Positions 10,401 to 18,064 of a stretch of DNA of 64,000 nucleotides are shown piece by piece. The notes under the pieces are model-generated. The model was not told the origin of the DNA and did no database searches. It worked only from the letters and a program-made list of their open reading frames with translations. Numbering within the stretch: the stretch's first letter is position 1; each line of letters starts with the position of its first letter. Position numbers and translations under genes: made by a program. Where the stretch lies: contig CAWDXG010000004.1 of the NCBI GenBank assembly GCA_963806225.1, forward strand, positions 3,296,001 through 3,360,000, given 5' to 3'. The DNA is from an uncultured delta proteobacterium (GTDB lineage Bacteria > Myxococcota_A > Polyangia > Polyangiales > Polyangiaceae).

Positions 10401-10785
10401 CACGGACTGCGCGACCGGGTACGAGTGCAAGAGCGGCGCCTGCACGCCCGCCAGCGGCGCCCACTGCTCCACGGACGGAAATAGCTCGATCAAGGCGGAC
10501 GGCACCGTCACGCCGTGCATGGCCTACACCTGCGACCAGAGCTCCGGCGCCTGCAACAAGGTGTGCAGTAACGGCTCGACCGACTGCGCGACGGGCTACG
10601 CCTGCGACCCGACCAGCAAGACCTGCATCGAGACCAGCACAGGCTCCGGCAGCAGCAACAGCTCCGGCGGCTGCGGCTGTCGCGCCGCGGGTGGCAGCCG
10701 CGAGAGCGGCGCGCCCTGGCTGCTGCTGCTCGGGCTGGGACTGCTCGTCGCGCGCCGGCGTGACGCGCAGTCCGGGGCGGAGTAG
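7498..10785 (+). CDS. Paralog of 2385..5447: 7 FG-GAP repeats, longer Cys-rich stalk, MYXO-CTERM tail
   Basis: Same architecture: VVVGC lipobox-like, 7 FG-GAP blades, GGCGCRAAGG..PWLLLLGLGLLVARRR. Confidence 0.85.
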   Translation: MKLRLLPLVLLAVVVGCSTGGPSAPSDAPDAAASALASLVVHATGHPTLRGIVNPRERAARICAVQSHPGPGFKLTMHGDQARFHALGFGLEGGPAVTARAQQENRVELRRGPGLTEWYQRGPLGLEQGFNVKKGGAEIALHVAVTGATPVQAGDDEIALVEGTRIAARYGEAYATDATGRRLGVKLVAEEAGIEIRVATDNAVFPVAIDPLVWSQQAKLVANDGAQGDWFGVAVGLSGNTALVGAYQKSSGAAYVFVRSGTTWTQQQELTASGSSELGYSAALSGDTALLGSVGDNSSVGAAYVFVRSGTTWTQQKKLTASSTVLFGASVAVASNTALVGSTGTNSNTGAVYVFVRSGTTWTQQQELTASDGATNDRLGSSAALSGDTAVSGAPYNNSNTGAAYVFVRSGTTWTQQQKLTASDGAAKDYFGRVALDGDTAIVGAPSKGPGAAYVFVRSGTTWTQQKKLTASDGAAGDQFGVSLALSGDTAFVGARGNNSYAGAAYVFVRSGTTWTQQKKLLANDAAASDQFGYSAALSGSTALVGAARKASDTGAAYVFTLLATNGSTCPTGGPIGCISGKCADGVCCGTTCNQPCQTCSATPGTCTAVKSANDPDTCTGTNTCNANGACKKKLGQTCSAASDCASGFCADGFCCNSACNGACNRCDGATLGWANGTDGTCAIAPAGYAGAPSCGAYACGGSSSACATSCTSDKTCGTGYYCNANGNCLAQKAQGATCSSSADCKTAGCRVCATGNCVDSVCCDTACNGTCQACSGAKKGSGADGTCGNIADGTDPDSECTPNTCHAGVCAASCTTNADCAKGTVCVAGGCITPAADGATCQSNLECQNGNCVDGYCCNTTCTGQCEACDVAGNLGTCSPVTGQPHGTTRTQCNGDGSKCSGSCNGTDRTQCQYLAAGKPCGSDSCSNGSAQTSTCDGQGTCAAEKAQPCSPYVCGADACLATCTKDTDCATGYECKSGACTPASGAHCSTDGNSSIKADGTVTPCMAYTCDQSSGACNKVCSNGSTDCATGYACDPTSKTCIETSTGSGSSNSSGGCGCRAAGGSRESGAPWLLLLGLGLLVARRRDAQSGAE
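8701..9051 (+). repeat. Three identical 48-bp intragenic blade repeats (8701, 8848, 9004) separated by variable ~100-bp segments
   Basis: ggcgcggcctatgtcttcgtgcgctcgggcactacctggacccagcag repeated; encodes GAAYVFVRSGTTWTQQ. Confidence 0.85.
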
Positions 10786-10850
10786 GAAAACTCCTACGCA
10801 AGGATGCCGGCGCTAGCGCGACTCGTTGCCAGACGGCCGCCGCGCGCCGA

Positions 10851-12959
10851 TCACGGCGTCGCCGTACAGACCATGCCGTCGGGCAAGCCCGGCCGATCCA
10901 CGCGGCGGTACAGGACGATCGGGTACGCGTGGAAGTGTTCTAGCTCCGGATCCAGGAAGTCAACGTCGCGCGTGAAATACCGCTTCATGATGGAGTTTTC
11001 TGCCATGAAGCGCGCGCGGAACAGGGAGCGGGGCGCCGACACGATGAAGCGCACCCGGTCGCGGCAGATGCGATTGAAGAAGGTCTCTTCCGTGAGCATC
11101 CCGGACACGAAGCGCTTGGAGTTGGTGTCCACCACGCCACCGGCCATGCGCCGGCCAGCGCGTAGCGCCACGAGGGGCGCGAGATCAGAGGCGCCGGTGA
11201 TCGTCTCGCTGGCTCGCGTGTTCCGGCGGATGTACGCGGCAATGTCATCGACCGTCGAGAACGCCAGCGACTTGTTCCAGACGTAGTGCCGGTAGTAGGG
11301 CGTGACCTTGCCGCGCTCGCGGTGGTCTACGAAAAACAGAGCGCGCGCGGGCGCAGCGAGCCACGCCAAAACCCGCGGCTTGTGCCAGTCGTAGTGCACG
11401 ATCTGGCCCGTCTTCTGTACCTCGCCGGGCCACAGGTCCCGGAGCAGGGAGGCCGCCCAGGCGCCGTGCAGGGAGAAGGCGAGGACGAGCACAGACGGGA
11501 CGGCGAGCTCCTCCCAGGCCCGGGCGTCGCGGACACCCACGTAGGCCTCGTGGAGTACCCACGCTGCAGGCAGCGCCATCAGCGCGAACATTGGAACCAT
11601 GTAGAAGGCGTAGACCTCCGGCAGCGCCGACCACTGGATCAGGAACAGCAGCGTGGAGAGCAGGCCGAGCTTCACGAAGCCCGGTGCATCGCTGGACAGG
11701 AGGTCCCGCGGAGTCAGGAAGTCCTGCCAGCGCTCTTCGTCCTGCCGGTCGGGGCGCCAGCGCGCCCACGCCGCCTTGCCGAGCAAGAGCGCCGCAGCGA
11801 GCGCCGCGGCCAGGTATTCCGGAGCCTGGAAGTAGAGCGTCTTCTTGAAGCCCTTCGAGGCCAGGTAGGCCGGAACGTCGTGCACCAGTGCGCCGAGCAT
11901 CGCGAACGGGTTCGGCGAGCCGAACACCGGAACGTGGTCGCTGCCTCTGGTCGGTTTGGCGAAGTGGTACGCGAAGACACCCTTGAAGAATCCGGCCCCA
12001 CCGATCACGATAAAGGGCAGCGAAACCCCGACGAACCCGGCCAGCACGCCCAGTCCGAAGCGCGCCCCCGCCCTGCGCGACGTGAGGGCCGCCGCGGCGA
12101 GCAGCGCCAGCACGGCCGCGAGCGCGTACAGCCCACTGCCGAGCGCCAGTCCGGCAAGCACGCCCGACAGGAGATAGCGGCGCCGTACGCCCAGAAGCAG
12201 CGCCGCCATCAGGAACGCCGTCATCAGGTTCTCGCCGTTCATGTCGGTCGAACCCATGAGCAGCTCGTACGTGGTGAGCATCACCAGGACCGACAAGAAC
12301 GCCAGACCCCTGGAGGTCCGGCGCAGGGCCAGGTACAGGCACACGGCCGCCGCCAGCTGGGCCATGACCGGAATCGACTTGGCCACCTGCACCGAGAAGC
12401 CCGTCACCGAGAAGATCAGCGCCGGCACCAGCAGGTGCACGGGCGGGTGCGCGAAGAAGAAGTCCCGGTAGGGCAGCTCGCCGTGCGCCATGCGCGCGGC
12501 CATGTAGTAGTAGATGTTCTCGTCCGTGCCCGACGGGTGGATCCCGATCACCTTCAGCAGCACGAACGCGCCGAGCACCAGCACGAGGCCGGCGATCTCG
12601 AGGACGCGATCGGTCGCCAGCTCGGGCGGCAGGCGCCAGCCCTGCCGGCGCCCCTGGTACAGCCACCAGCCCAGCAGCGCGCCGAGATAGAGCGGCCAGT
12701 ACAGCACCGGCGGCAGGAAACCGAGCGGGTGTTGCGGGAAGAAAGGCAGAGCCAGGACCAGGACGGACACAACCGCGAGCCGCCCGACGGCGTCCGGTGC
12801 AGGGGCGTCGGCGGTCTCGTCCGGTTCCGGTTCCGGTTCCGGTTCCGGCTCGCGTACGCGCTTCCGTCTGGAGCCGCGCGCGGACGGGGCCGCCGACTCC
12901 GGCTCCCCGCGGCTCCCTTGCTTCTGGCGCGACTTCCGCTTGCGGCGCTTCTTGCCCAT
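10851..12959 (-). CDS. Polytopic membrane protein, probable GT-C fold glycosyltransferase (ArnT/PMT-like)
   Basis: Many TM helices; DE..Y.Y.A..M..G.LPYRDFFFAHPP motif in the first loop, typical of GT-C enzymes; start uncertain. Confidence 0.7.
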   Translation of the reverse strand: MGKKRRKRKSRQKQGSRGEPESAAPSARGSRRKRVREPEPEPEPEPDETADAPAPDAVGRLAVVSVLVLALPFFPQHPLGFLPPVLYWPLYLGALLGWWLYQGRRQGWRLPPELATDRVLEIAGLVLVLGAFVLLKVIGIHPSGTDENIYYYMAARMAHGELPYRDFFFAHPPVHLLVPALIFSVTGFSVQVAKSIPVMAQLAAAVCLYLALRRTSRGLAFLSVLVMLTTYELLMGSTDMNGENLMTAFLMAALLLGVRRRYLLSGVLAGLALGSGLYALAAVLALLAAAALTSRRAGARFGLGVLAGFVGVSLPFIVIGGAGFFKGVFAYHFAKPTRGSDHVPVFGSPNPFAMLGALVHDVPAYLASKGFKKTLYFQAPEYLAAALAAALLLGKAAWARWRPDRQDEERWQDFLTPRDLLSSDAPGFVKLGLLSTLLFLIQWSALPEVYAFYMVPMFALMALPAAWVLHEAYVGVRDARAWEELAVPSVLVLAFSLHGAWAASLLRDLWPGEVQKTGQIVHYDWHKPRVLAWLAAPARALFFVDHRERGKVTPYYRHYVWNKSLAFSTVDDIAAYIRRNTRASETITGASDLAPLVALRAGRRMAGGVVDTNSKRFVSGMLTEETFFNRICRDRVRFIVSAPRSLFRARFMAENSIMKRYFTRDVDFLDPELEHFHAYPIVLYRRVDRPGLPDGMVCTATP

Positions 12960-12995
12960 GATGTCCGCCCGGCGCGCGGGCGGGCTAGACACCGA

Positions 12996-14342
12996 CTAGC
13001 AGAGCGGCACGCAGGTGTCGACGACGGTCCCGTTGACGCACATCGTCGAGCCCGTCGAGGCGCACGCCCCCGTGCCGCAGCTCGTCGTCTGGCTCACGTA
13101 GCCTTCGTCTGTCTGGCCGTTGCAGTTGTTGTCGATCCCGTCGCACGTCGTGTCGCTCGCCGCCGGCGTGCCCGCCGCGCAGCTGTCGGTGACGTGGCCG
13201 TTCACGCAGCTCGTCGTGCCCGTCGAGGCGCACGCCCCCGTGCCGCAGCTCGTCGTCTGGCTCACGTAGCCTTCGTCTGTCTGGCCGTTGCAGTTGTTGT
13301 CGATCCCGTCGCACGTCGTGTCGCTCGTTGAAAGCGGAGTGCCCGCCGCGCAGCTGTCGGTGACGTGGCCGCTCACGCAGCTCGTCGAGCCCGTCGAGGC
13401 GCACGCCCCCGTGCCGCAGCTCGTCGTCTGGCTCACGTAGCCTTCGTCCGTCTGGCCGTTGCAGTTGTTGTCGATCCCGTCGCACGTCGTGTCGCTCGTT
13501 GAAAGCGGAGTGCCCGCCGCGCAGCTGTCGGTGACGTGGCCGCTCACGCAGCTCGTTGTGCCCGTCGAGGCGCACGCCCCCGTGCCGCAGCTCGTCGTCT
13601 GGCTCACGTAGCCTTCGTCTGTCTGGCCGTTGCAGTTGTTGTCGATCCCGTCGCACGTCGTGTCGCTCGTTGAAAGCGGAGTGCCCGCCGCGCAGCTGTC
13701 GGTGACGTGGCCGCTCACGCAACTCGTCGTGCCCGTCGAGGCGCACGCCCCCGTGCCGCAGCTCGTCGTCTGGCTCACGTAGCCTTCGTCTGTCTGGCCG
13801 TTGCAGTTGTTGTCGATCCCGTCGCACGTCGTGTCGCTCGTTGAAAGCGGAGTGCCAGGCATGCAGGTGTCAACCAGCTGGCCTCCGACGCAGGCCATCG
13901 TGCCGGTCGACGCGCAGACTCCGGTACCGCACGCGGTCGGCTGGCCCGCGAGCCCGCCGTCGCACCCGGCGTCGCCTGAATCAGTTGAGGCGTCCTGTGC
14001 GTCGGTGGCAGCGTCCTGTGCGTCGGTCGCAGCGTCCTGTGCGTTGTAGCCCGCGTCCTGTGCGTCGGTGGCAGCGTCCTGTGCGTCGTAGCCCGCGTCC
14101 TGCGCTCCACCGTAGCCGCCGTAGCCGCCCACGGCGCCGCCGTAGCCGCCCACAGCGCCGCCGTAGCCGCCCACAGCGCCGCCGTAGCCGCCCTGCAGAC
14201 CAGCGTCGCCCAGGGAGCCCCCGCTCCCGATCTGCACGGTGCAGCCCGCGCCGCATGCGAGAAGAAGAACGGACAGACCCAACGGCCCAAGCGTCCACTT
14301 CGAAGAAAGATCGGAACGCAACATGACAGGAAAGCTCGACAC
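12996..14342 (-). CDS. Secreted/lipoprotein with 5 tandem Cys-rich repeats carrying the MopE-related putative metal-binding motif CDGIDNNCNGQTDEG
   Basis: LLLAC..GC signal, Gly/Ala/Asp low-complexity linker, 57-aa repeats; start may be ATG near 14324. Confidence 0.75.
   Translation of the reverse strand: MSSFPVMLRSDLSSKWTLGPLGLSVLLLACGAGCTVQIGSGGSLGDAGLQGGYGGAVGGYGGAVGGYGGAVGGYGGYGGAQDAGYDAQDAATDAQDAGYNAQDAATDAQDAATDAQDASTDSGDAGCDGGLAGQPTACGTGVCASTGTMACVGGQLVDTCMPGTPLSTSDTTCDGIDNNCNGQTDEGYVSQTTSCGTGACASTGTTSCVSGHVTDSCAAGTPLSTSDTTCDGIDNNCNGQTDEGYVSQTTSCGTGACASTGTTSCVSGHVTDSCAAGTPLSTSDTTCDGIDNNCNGQTDEGYVSQTTSCGTGACASTGSTSCVSGHVTDSCAAGTPLSTSDTTCDGIDNNCNGQTDEGYVSQTTSCGTGACASTGTTSCVNGHVTDSCAAGTPAASDTTCDGIDNNCNGQTDEGYVSQTTSCGTGACASTGSTMCVNGTVVDTCVPLC
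13044..13856 (-). repeat. Near-perfect 171-bp tandem repeat, ~4.7 copies
   Basis: gaaagcggag recurs at 13330, 13501, 13672 and 13843 (period 171). Confidence 0.9.
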
Positions 14343-14461
14343 GCTAGCGCTGGATTGTCAACCGCGCGGACGCCCGGGCCAGCCGCTGTCCGGATAAGCT
14401 TCCACAAGGATGACGGCAGCTTCTGGTCGGCCGGCCGCCGTCCTGACGGGCTACGCTACGC

Positions 14462-15316
14462 TCACGGCAGCGCCCAGTCGACGCGATGCGCCTCGTACAC
14501 CGGCTTCGGCAGCTGCACGATCACGGGCTGCCGCGCCGGATCGAGCCAGCCGAGCACGGTCTTGATCCGGCTCTCCTCGCCAGCGGTGCATCCAACGGTG
14601 GAGCTCGCAGGGCCGCTCCACAGGTGCAGGAAGATGCACGAGCCCGCGCCGGGCTTTGGCGGAGCGCTGTTGTGATCGATGAAGAGCCCCCAGCGATACA
14701 GCGCGTCCGTCCGCAACATGTGCTCGGAGCTGTTCCAGTCGACGTTGGCGACGCTGCTCTTGTGGACGAGCGTGTTGTAGTGCGACGAAGCCGGATCGTC
14801 GACGCACTCCAGGTCGCTCGTCGCCTGCACGTACGGGAGCTTCAACCACGTCGCATCCGACGGCGCGGCGTAGCCGAACGCGGTGCTCACGGAGAACACG
14901 CCCGCCGGCGAGCAACCGTCGCCCTCGTGCTTTACCGGCCCGGGCTCGCCCGCGTGTGGAGCGAGCCCGATGCCCCACGCCAGCCCGCTTTTGCCGAGCA
15001 CGACAGGAACCGCGACGCCGACGGGCTTCCAGGCTGCGCCCGCGCGCTCGTATCGGCGGAGCGTCGCGGGCACGCTGCTCCACGCCGCGGAGATCACGGT
15101 CACGAGCTCGGTCGTGCTCGCACCGATGGGCGAGGCCGTCGCGCCGCCGCTACCGCCCGCGCCGCTACCGCCCGCGCCGCTACCGCCCGCGCCGCCGCTG
15201 CCCGCCGCGGCGCTGGCGCCCGCTGCGGCGGGACTGTCGACATGACCCTTCGTCGAGCAGCCCGCCGCGACGAACAGGACCGCACAGAAAGCGGCTCTCC
15301 TCGGCGTCGGCCCCAC
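14462..15316 (-). CDS. L,D-transpeptidase (YkuD-like) family lipoprotein
   Basis: VAAGC lipobox; K.EGDGCSPAGVF; GSCIFLHLW...TVGC catalytic His/Cys motif. Confidence 0.8.
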   Translation of the reverse strand: MGPTPRRAAFCAVLFVAAGCSTKGHVDSPAAAGASAAAGSGGAGGSGAGGSGAGGSGGATASPIGASTTELVTVISAAWSSVPATLRRYERAGAAWKPVGVAVPVVLGKSGLAWGIGLAPHAGEPGPVKHEGDGCSPAGVFSVSTAFGYAAPSDATWLKLPYVQATSDLECVDDPASSHYNTLVHKSSVANVDWNSSEHMLRTDALYRWGLFIDHNSAPPKPGAGSCIFLHLWSGPASSTVGCTAGEESRIKTVLGWLDPARQPVIVQLPKPVYEAHRVDWALP

Positions 15317-15325
15317 CCGACAATC

Positions 15326-16717
15326 CTAGCGGAGCAACTCGCCCGCGTGCGCGCGTTTGATGAAGCGACCGCCGCCCTTCGTCTCCTGCTTGCGGTTCTT
15401 CACGATCACGCGACCGCGCGAGATCACCGTTTCGGGGTAACCCTGCACCTCGAAGCCCTCGTACGCGCTGTAGTCCACGTTCATGTGGTGCGTGTCGGGG
15501 TCGTTCGCGCTGATGGTCACCTTGCGCTCCGGATCGAAGAGCACGATGTCCGCGTCCGAGCCTACGGCGATGGTGCCCTTCTTCGGGTACATGCCGAAGG
15601 TGCGCGCCGCCGCCGTGGAGCCGAGCTCGACGAATCGGTTCAGGTCGTAGTGGCCTGCGAGCACGCCCTGGTAGAGCAACACCATGCGGTTTTCCACGCC
15701 GGGTGCGCCGTTCGGGATCTTGGTGAAGGTGTCCTTGCCGAGCTCCTTCTGCCCCTTCATACAGAACGGGCAGTGGTCGGTGGCCACCAGTGCCAGGTGA
15801 CCGTACCTGAGGCCGCGCCACAGGTGCTCCTGGTTCCACTTTTCGCGCAGCGCCGGCGTCATCACCCACTTGGCGCCTTCGAAACCGGGCTTGTCATAGT
15901 AGCTGTCGTCGAGGAAGAGGTACTGCGGGCAGGTCTCCGCCTGCACGTCGACGTCGCGCATCCGGGCGAGCTTCACCTGCTCGAGCGCATCGGCCGAAGA
16001 GAGGTGCACGATATGCAGCGGCACGTCGGCCACCTCGGCGATGGCGATGGCGCGGTGCACGCCCTCGGCCTCCATGCGCGTCGGGCGCGTCTTGGCGTGC
16101 CACTTCGGCTCGACCTTGCCGTCCTTGACCGCGGCCTTGATGATCTCGTCGATGACGATGCCGTTCTCGGCGTGCATGCAGATGCGCGTGTTGTTCTCGC
16201 CGGCCTGGCGGAAGGCGCGATACAGCGTGCCGTCGTCCACGTACAGGACGCCGGGATACGCCATGAACAGCTTGTAGGAAGTAACACCCGCATCGGCGAG
16301 CTTCCCCATCTCCGGCAGCCGCTCGTCGGTCATGTCGGTGACGATCATGTGGAAGGCGTAGTCGATGTGCGCCTTGCCCTCGGCCTTGGCGTGCCAGGTA
16401 TCGAGCCCCTTGAACGTGGACTCGCCCTTGGTCTGGATGGCGAAGTCGACAATCGTGGTCGTACCGCCGAAGGCCGCCGCCAGCGTCCCGGTGTCGAAGT
16501 CGTCGTTCGAGTAGGTGCCGCCGAAGGGCATGTTCATGTGCGTGTGCGGGTCGATGCCGCCGGGGATGACCAACTTGCCCTTGGCGTCGATGACCTGGTC
16601 GGCCTTCACGTCGAGGTCTTTGCCGATCATCGACACCTTCTCGCCGTCGATGAACACGTCCGCGAAGTAGTCGTCCGCAGCCGTCACGACCCGGCCGCCC
16701 TTGATCAAGATACTCAT
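15326..16717 (-). CDS. hydA: Dihydropyrimidinase
   Basis: PGGIDPHTH, GGTTTIVDFA, SYKLFMAY (carbamylated Lys), HAENG, ETCPQYL, ATDHCPF, IPNGAPGVE. Confidence 0.95.
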   Translation of the reverse strand: MSILIKGGRVVTAADDYFADVFIDGEKVSMIGKDLDVKADQVIDAKGKLVIPGGIDPHTHMNMPFGGTYSNDDFDTGTLAAAFGGTTTIVDFAIQTKGESTFKGLDTWHAKAEGKAHIDYAFHMIVTDMTDERLPEMGKLADAGVTSYKLFMAYPGVLYVDDGTLYRAFRQAGENNTRICMHAENGIVIDEIIKAAVKDGKVEPKWHAKTRPTRMEAEGVHRAIAIAEVADVPLHIVHLSSADALEQVKLARMRDVDVQAETCPQYLFLDDSYYDKPGFEGAKWVMTPALREKWNQEHLWRGLRYGHLALVATDHCPFCMKGQKELGKDTFTKIPNGAPGVENRMVLLYQGVLAGHYDLNRFVELGSTAAARTFGMYPKKGTIAVGSDADIVLFDPERKVTISANDPDTHHMNVDYSAYEGFEVQGYPETVISRGRVIVKNRKQETKGGGRFIKRAHAGELLR

Positions 16718-16744
16718 GCCGTCCTCCAGACTCTTCGAAAGGGC

Positions 16745-18064
16745 CTAGCCCTCGAACACCTCGTCGGTGATGTCGAGGCCCTTGTCGATGATGGCGAAGC
16801 CCTCGCGGAGCTGCTCTTCGGTGATGCACAGCGGCGGGTTGCACATGAACCCGCTCCAGCGCACGAACGTGAAGAGCCCGCTGTCCACGAAGTACTTCGC
16901 GAGCTTGCCCATGGCGGGGTGCGTGCCGTTGAACGGCGCGAGGAACTCGCCCTTGGCGTTCTTTTGCACTTCCATGATGCCGAACAGGCCGATGTTGCGC
17001 GCGTCCTTCACGGACTTGTGCTTGGCCTTCAGCTTCTGCATCTCTCCGCGCATCACCTCGCCGAGGCGCGCGGCGTTCTCCACCAGTCCCTCGCCGATCA
17101 GCACGTCGAGGACGGCCTCGGCGGTGGCCAGCGCGAACGGGTGCGAGTTGTAGGTGAGTCCGCCCCAGAAGACGTTCTTCTTGAAGTGGGCGGCGATGGC
17201 GTCGCTGACGCCCATGGCGCCGAGCGGCACGTAGCTCGAGGTCAGGCCCTTCGCCATCGTCACGATGTCCGGAACGATGTCGCCGTGTTCGAACGCGAAC
17301 AGCTTGCCGGTGCGTCCGAAGCCCGCCATCACCTCGTCGCAGACCAGGAGGATGCCGTGCTTCCTGGTGAGCTCCCTGAGCCCCTTCAGGTAGCCCGCGG
17401 GCGGCGCCAGGATGCCGTTCGTGCCCGTAACCGATTCGATGAATACGGCGGCGATGGTCTGGGGGCCCTCGGCCTGGATCACCTCTTCGAGGTACGCGAG
17501 GTTGTTCTTCGTGATCTCCTCGTCGCTCTCGCCGAAGGAGTAGTTGTACGGCTTCGGGTCGAGGACGTGGAGCACGCCGGGCATGCCGGGCTCGTTCGCC
17601 CAGCGGCGCGGGTCGCCGGTGAGCTGCATCGTCGCGTTGGTGGCGCCGTGGTAGCTGCGGTAGCGCGCGATGATCTTCTGGCGCCCGGTGTACAGCTTGG
17701 CGGCGCGGATCGCGTTCTCGTTCGCTTCGGCGCCGCCCAGCGTGAAGAAGAAGGTGTTGATGTCGCCGGGCACCAGCTCCGCGAGGCGCTTCGAGAAGCG
17801 CGCTCGCGGTTCTGTTGCCGTTCCCGGGTAGATGTACAGGAGCCCGTCGCAGGCCTTCTTCATCGCCGCGACCACCTTCGGGTGGCTGTGGCCGATGGGC
17901 ACGCTCATGAGCTGGCTGTTGAAGTCCAGGATGCGCTTGCCTTCAGGCGTGTAGAAGTACACGCCCTCGGCACGCGCCACCGGGATCGGGTTGACGGCAT
18001 CGCCCGCGGCCCACGTGTACATCGTGTGACGCTTGCAGAGCTCGATGATTTCCTGCGAGTCCAT
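16745..18064 (-). CDS. Class III PLP aminotransferase, probable beta-alanine/beta-aminoisobutyrate transaminase
   Basis: ARAEGVYFY, SYHGAT, ESVTGTNG, DEVMAGFGRTG, DIVTMAKGLTS; ATG overlaps the TGA of mmsA; substrate inferred from operon context. Confidence 0.88.
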   Translation of the reverse strand: MDSQEIIELCKRHTMYTWAAGDAVNPIPVARAEGVYFYTPEGKRILDFNSQLMSVPIGHSHPKVVAAMKKACDGLLYIYPGTATEPRARFSKRLAELVPGDINTFFFTLGGAEANENAIRAAKLYTGRQKIIARYRSYHGATNATMQLTGDPRRWANEPGMPGVLHVLDPKPYNYSFGESDEEITKNNLAYLEEVIQAEGPQTIAAVFIESVTGTNGILAPPAGYLKGLRELTRKHGILLVCDEVMAGFGRTGKLFAFEHGDIVPDIVTMAKGLTSSYVPLGAMGVSDAIAAHFKKNVFWGGLTYNSHPFALATAEAVLDVLIGEGLVENAARLGEVMRGEMQKLKAKHKSVKDARNIGLFGIMEVQKNAKGEFLAPFNGTHPAMGKLAKYFVDSGLFTFVRWSGFMCNPPLCITEEQLREGFAIIDKGLDITDEVFEG

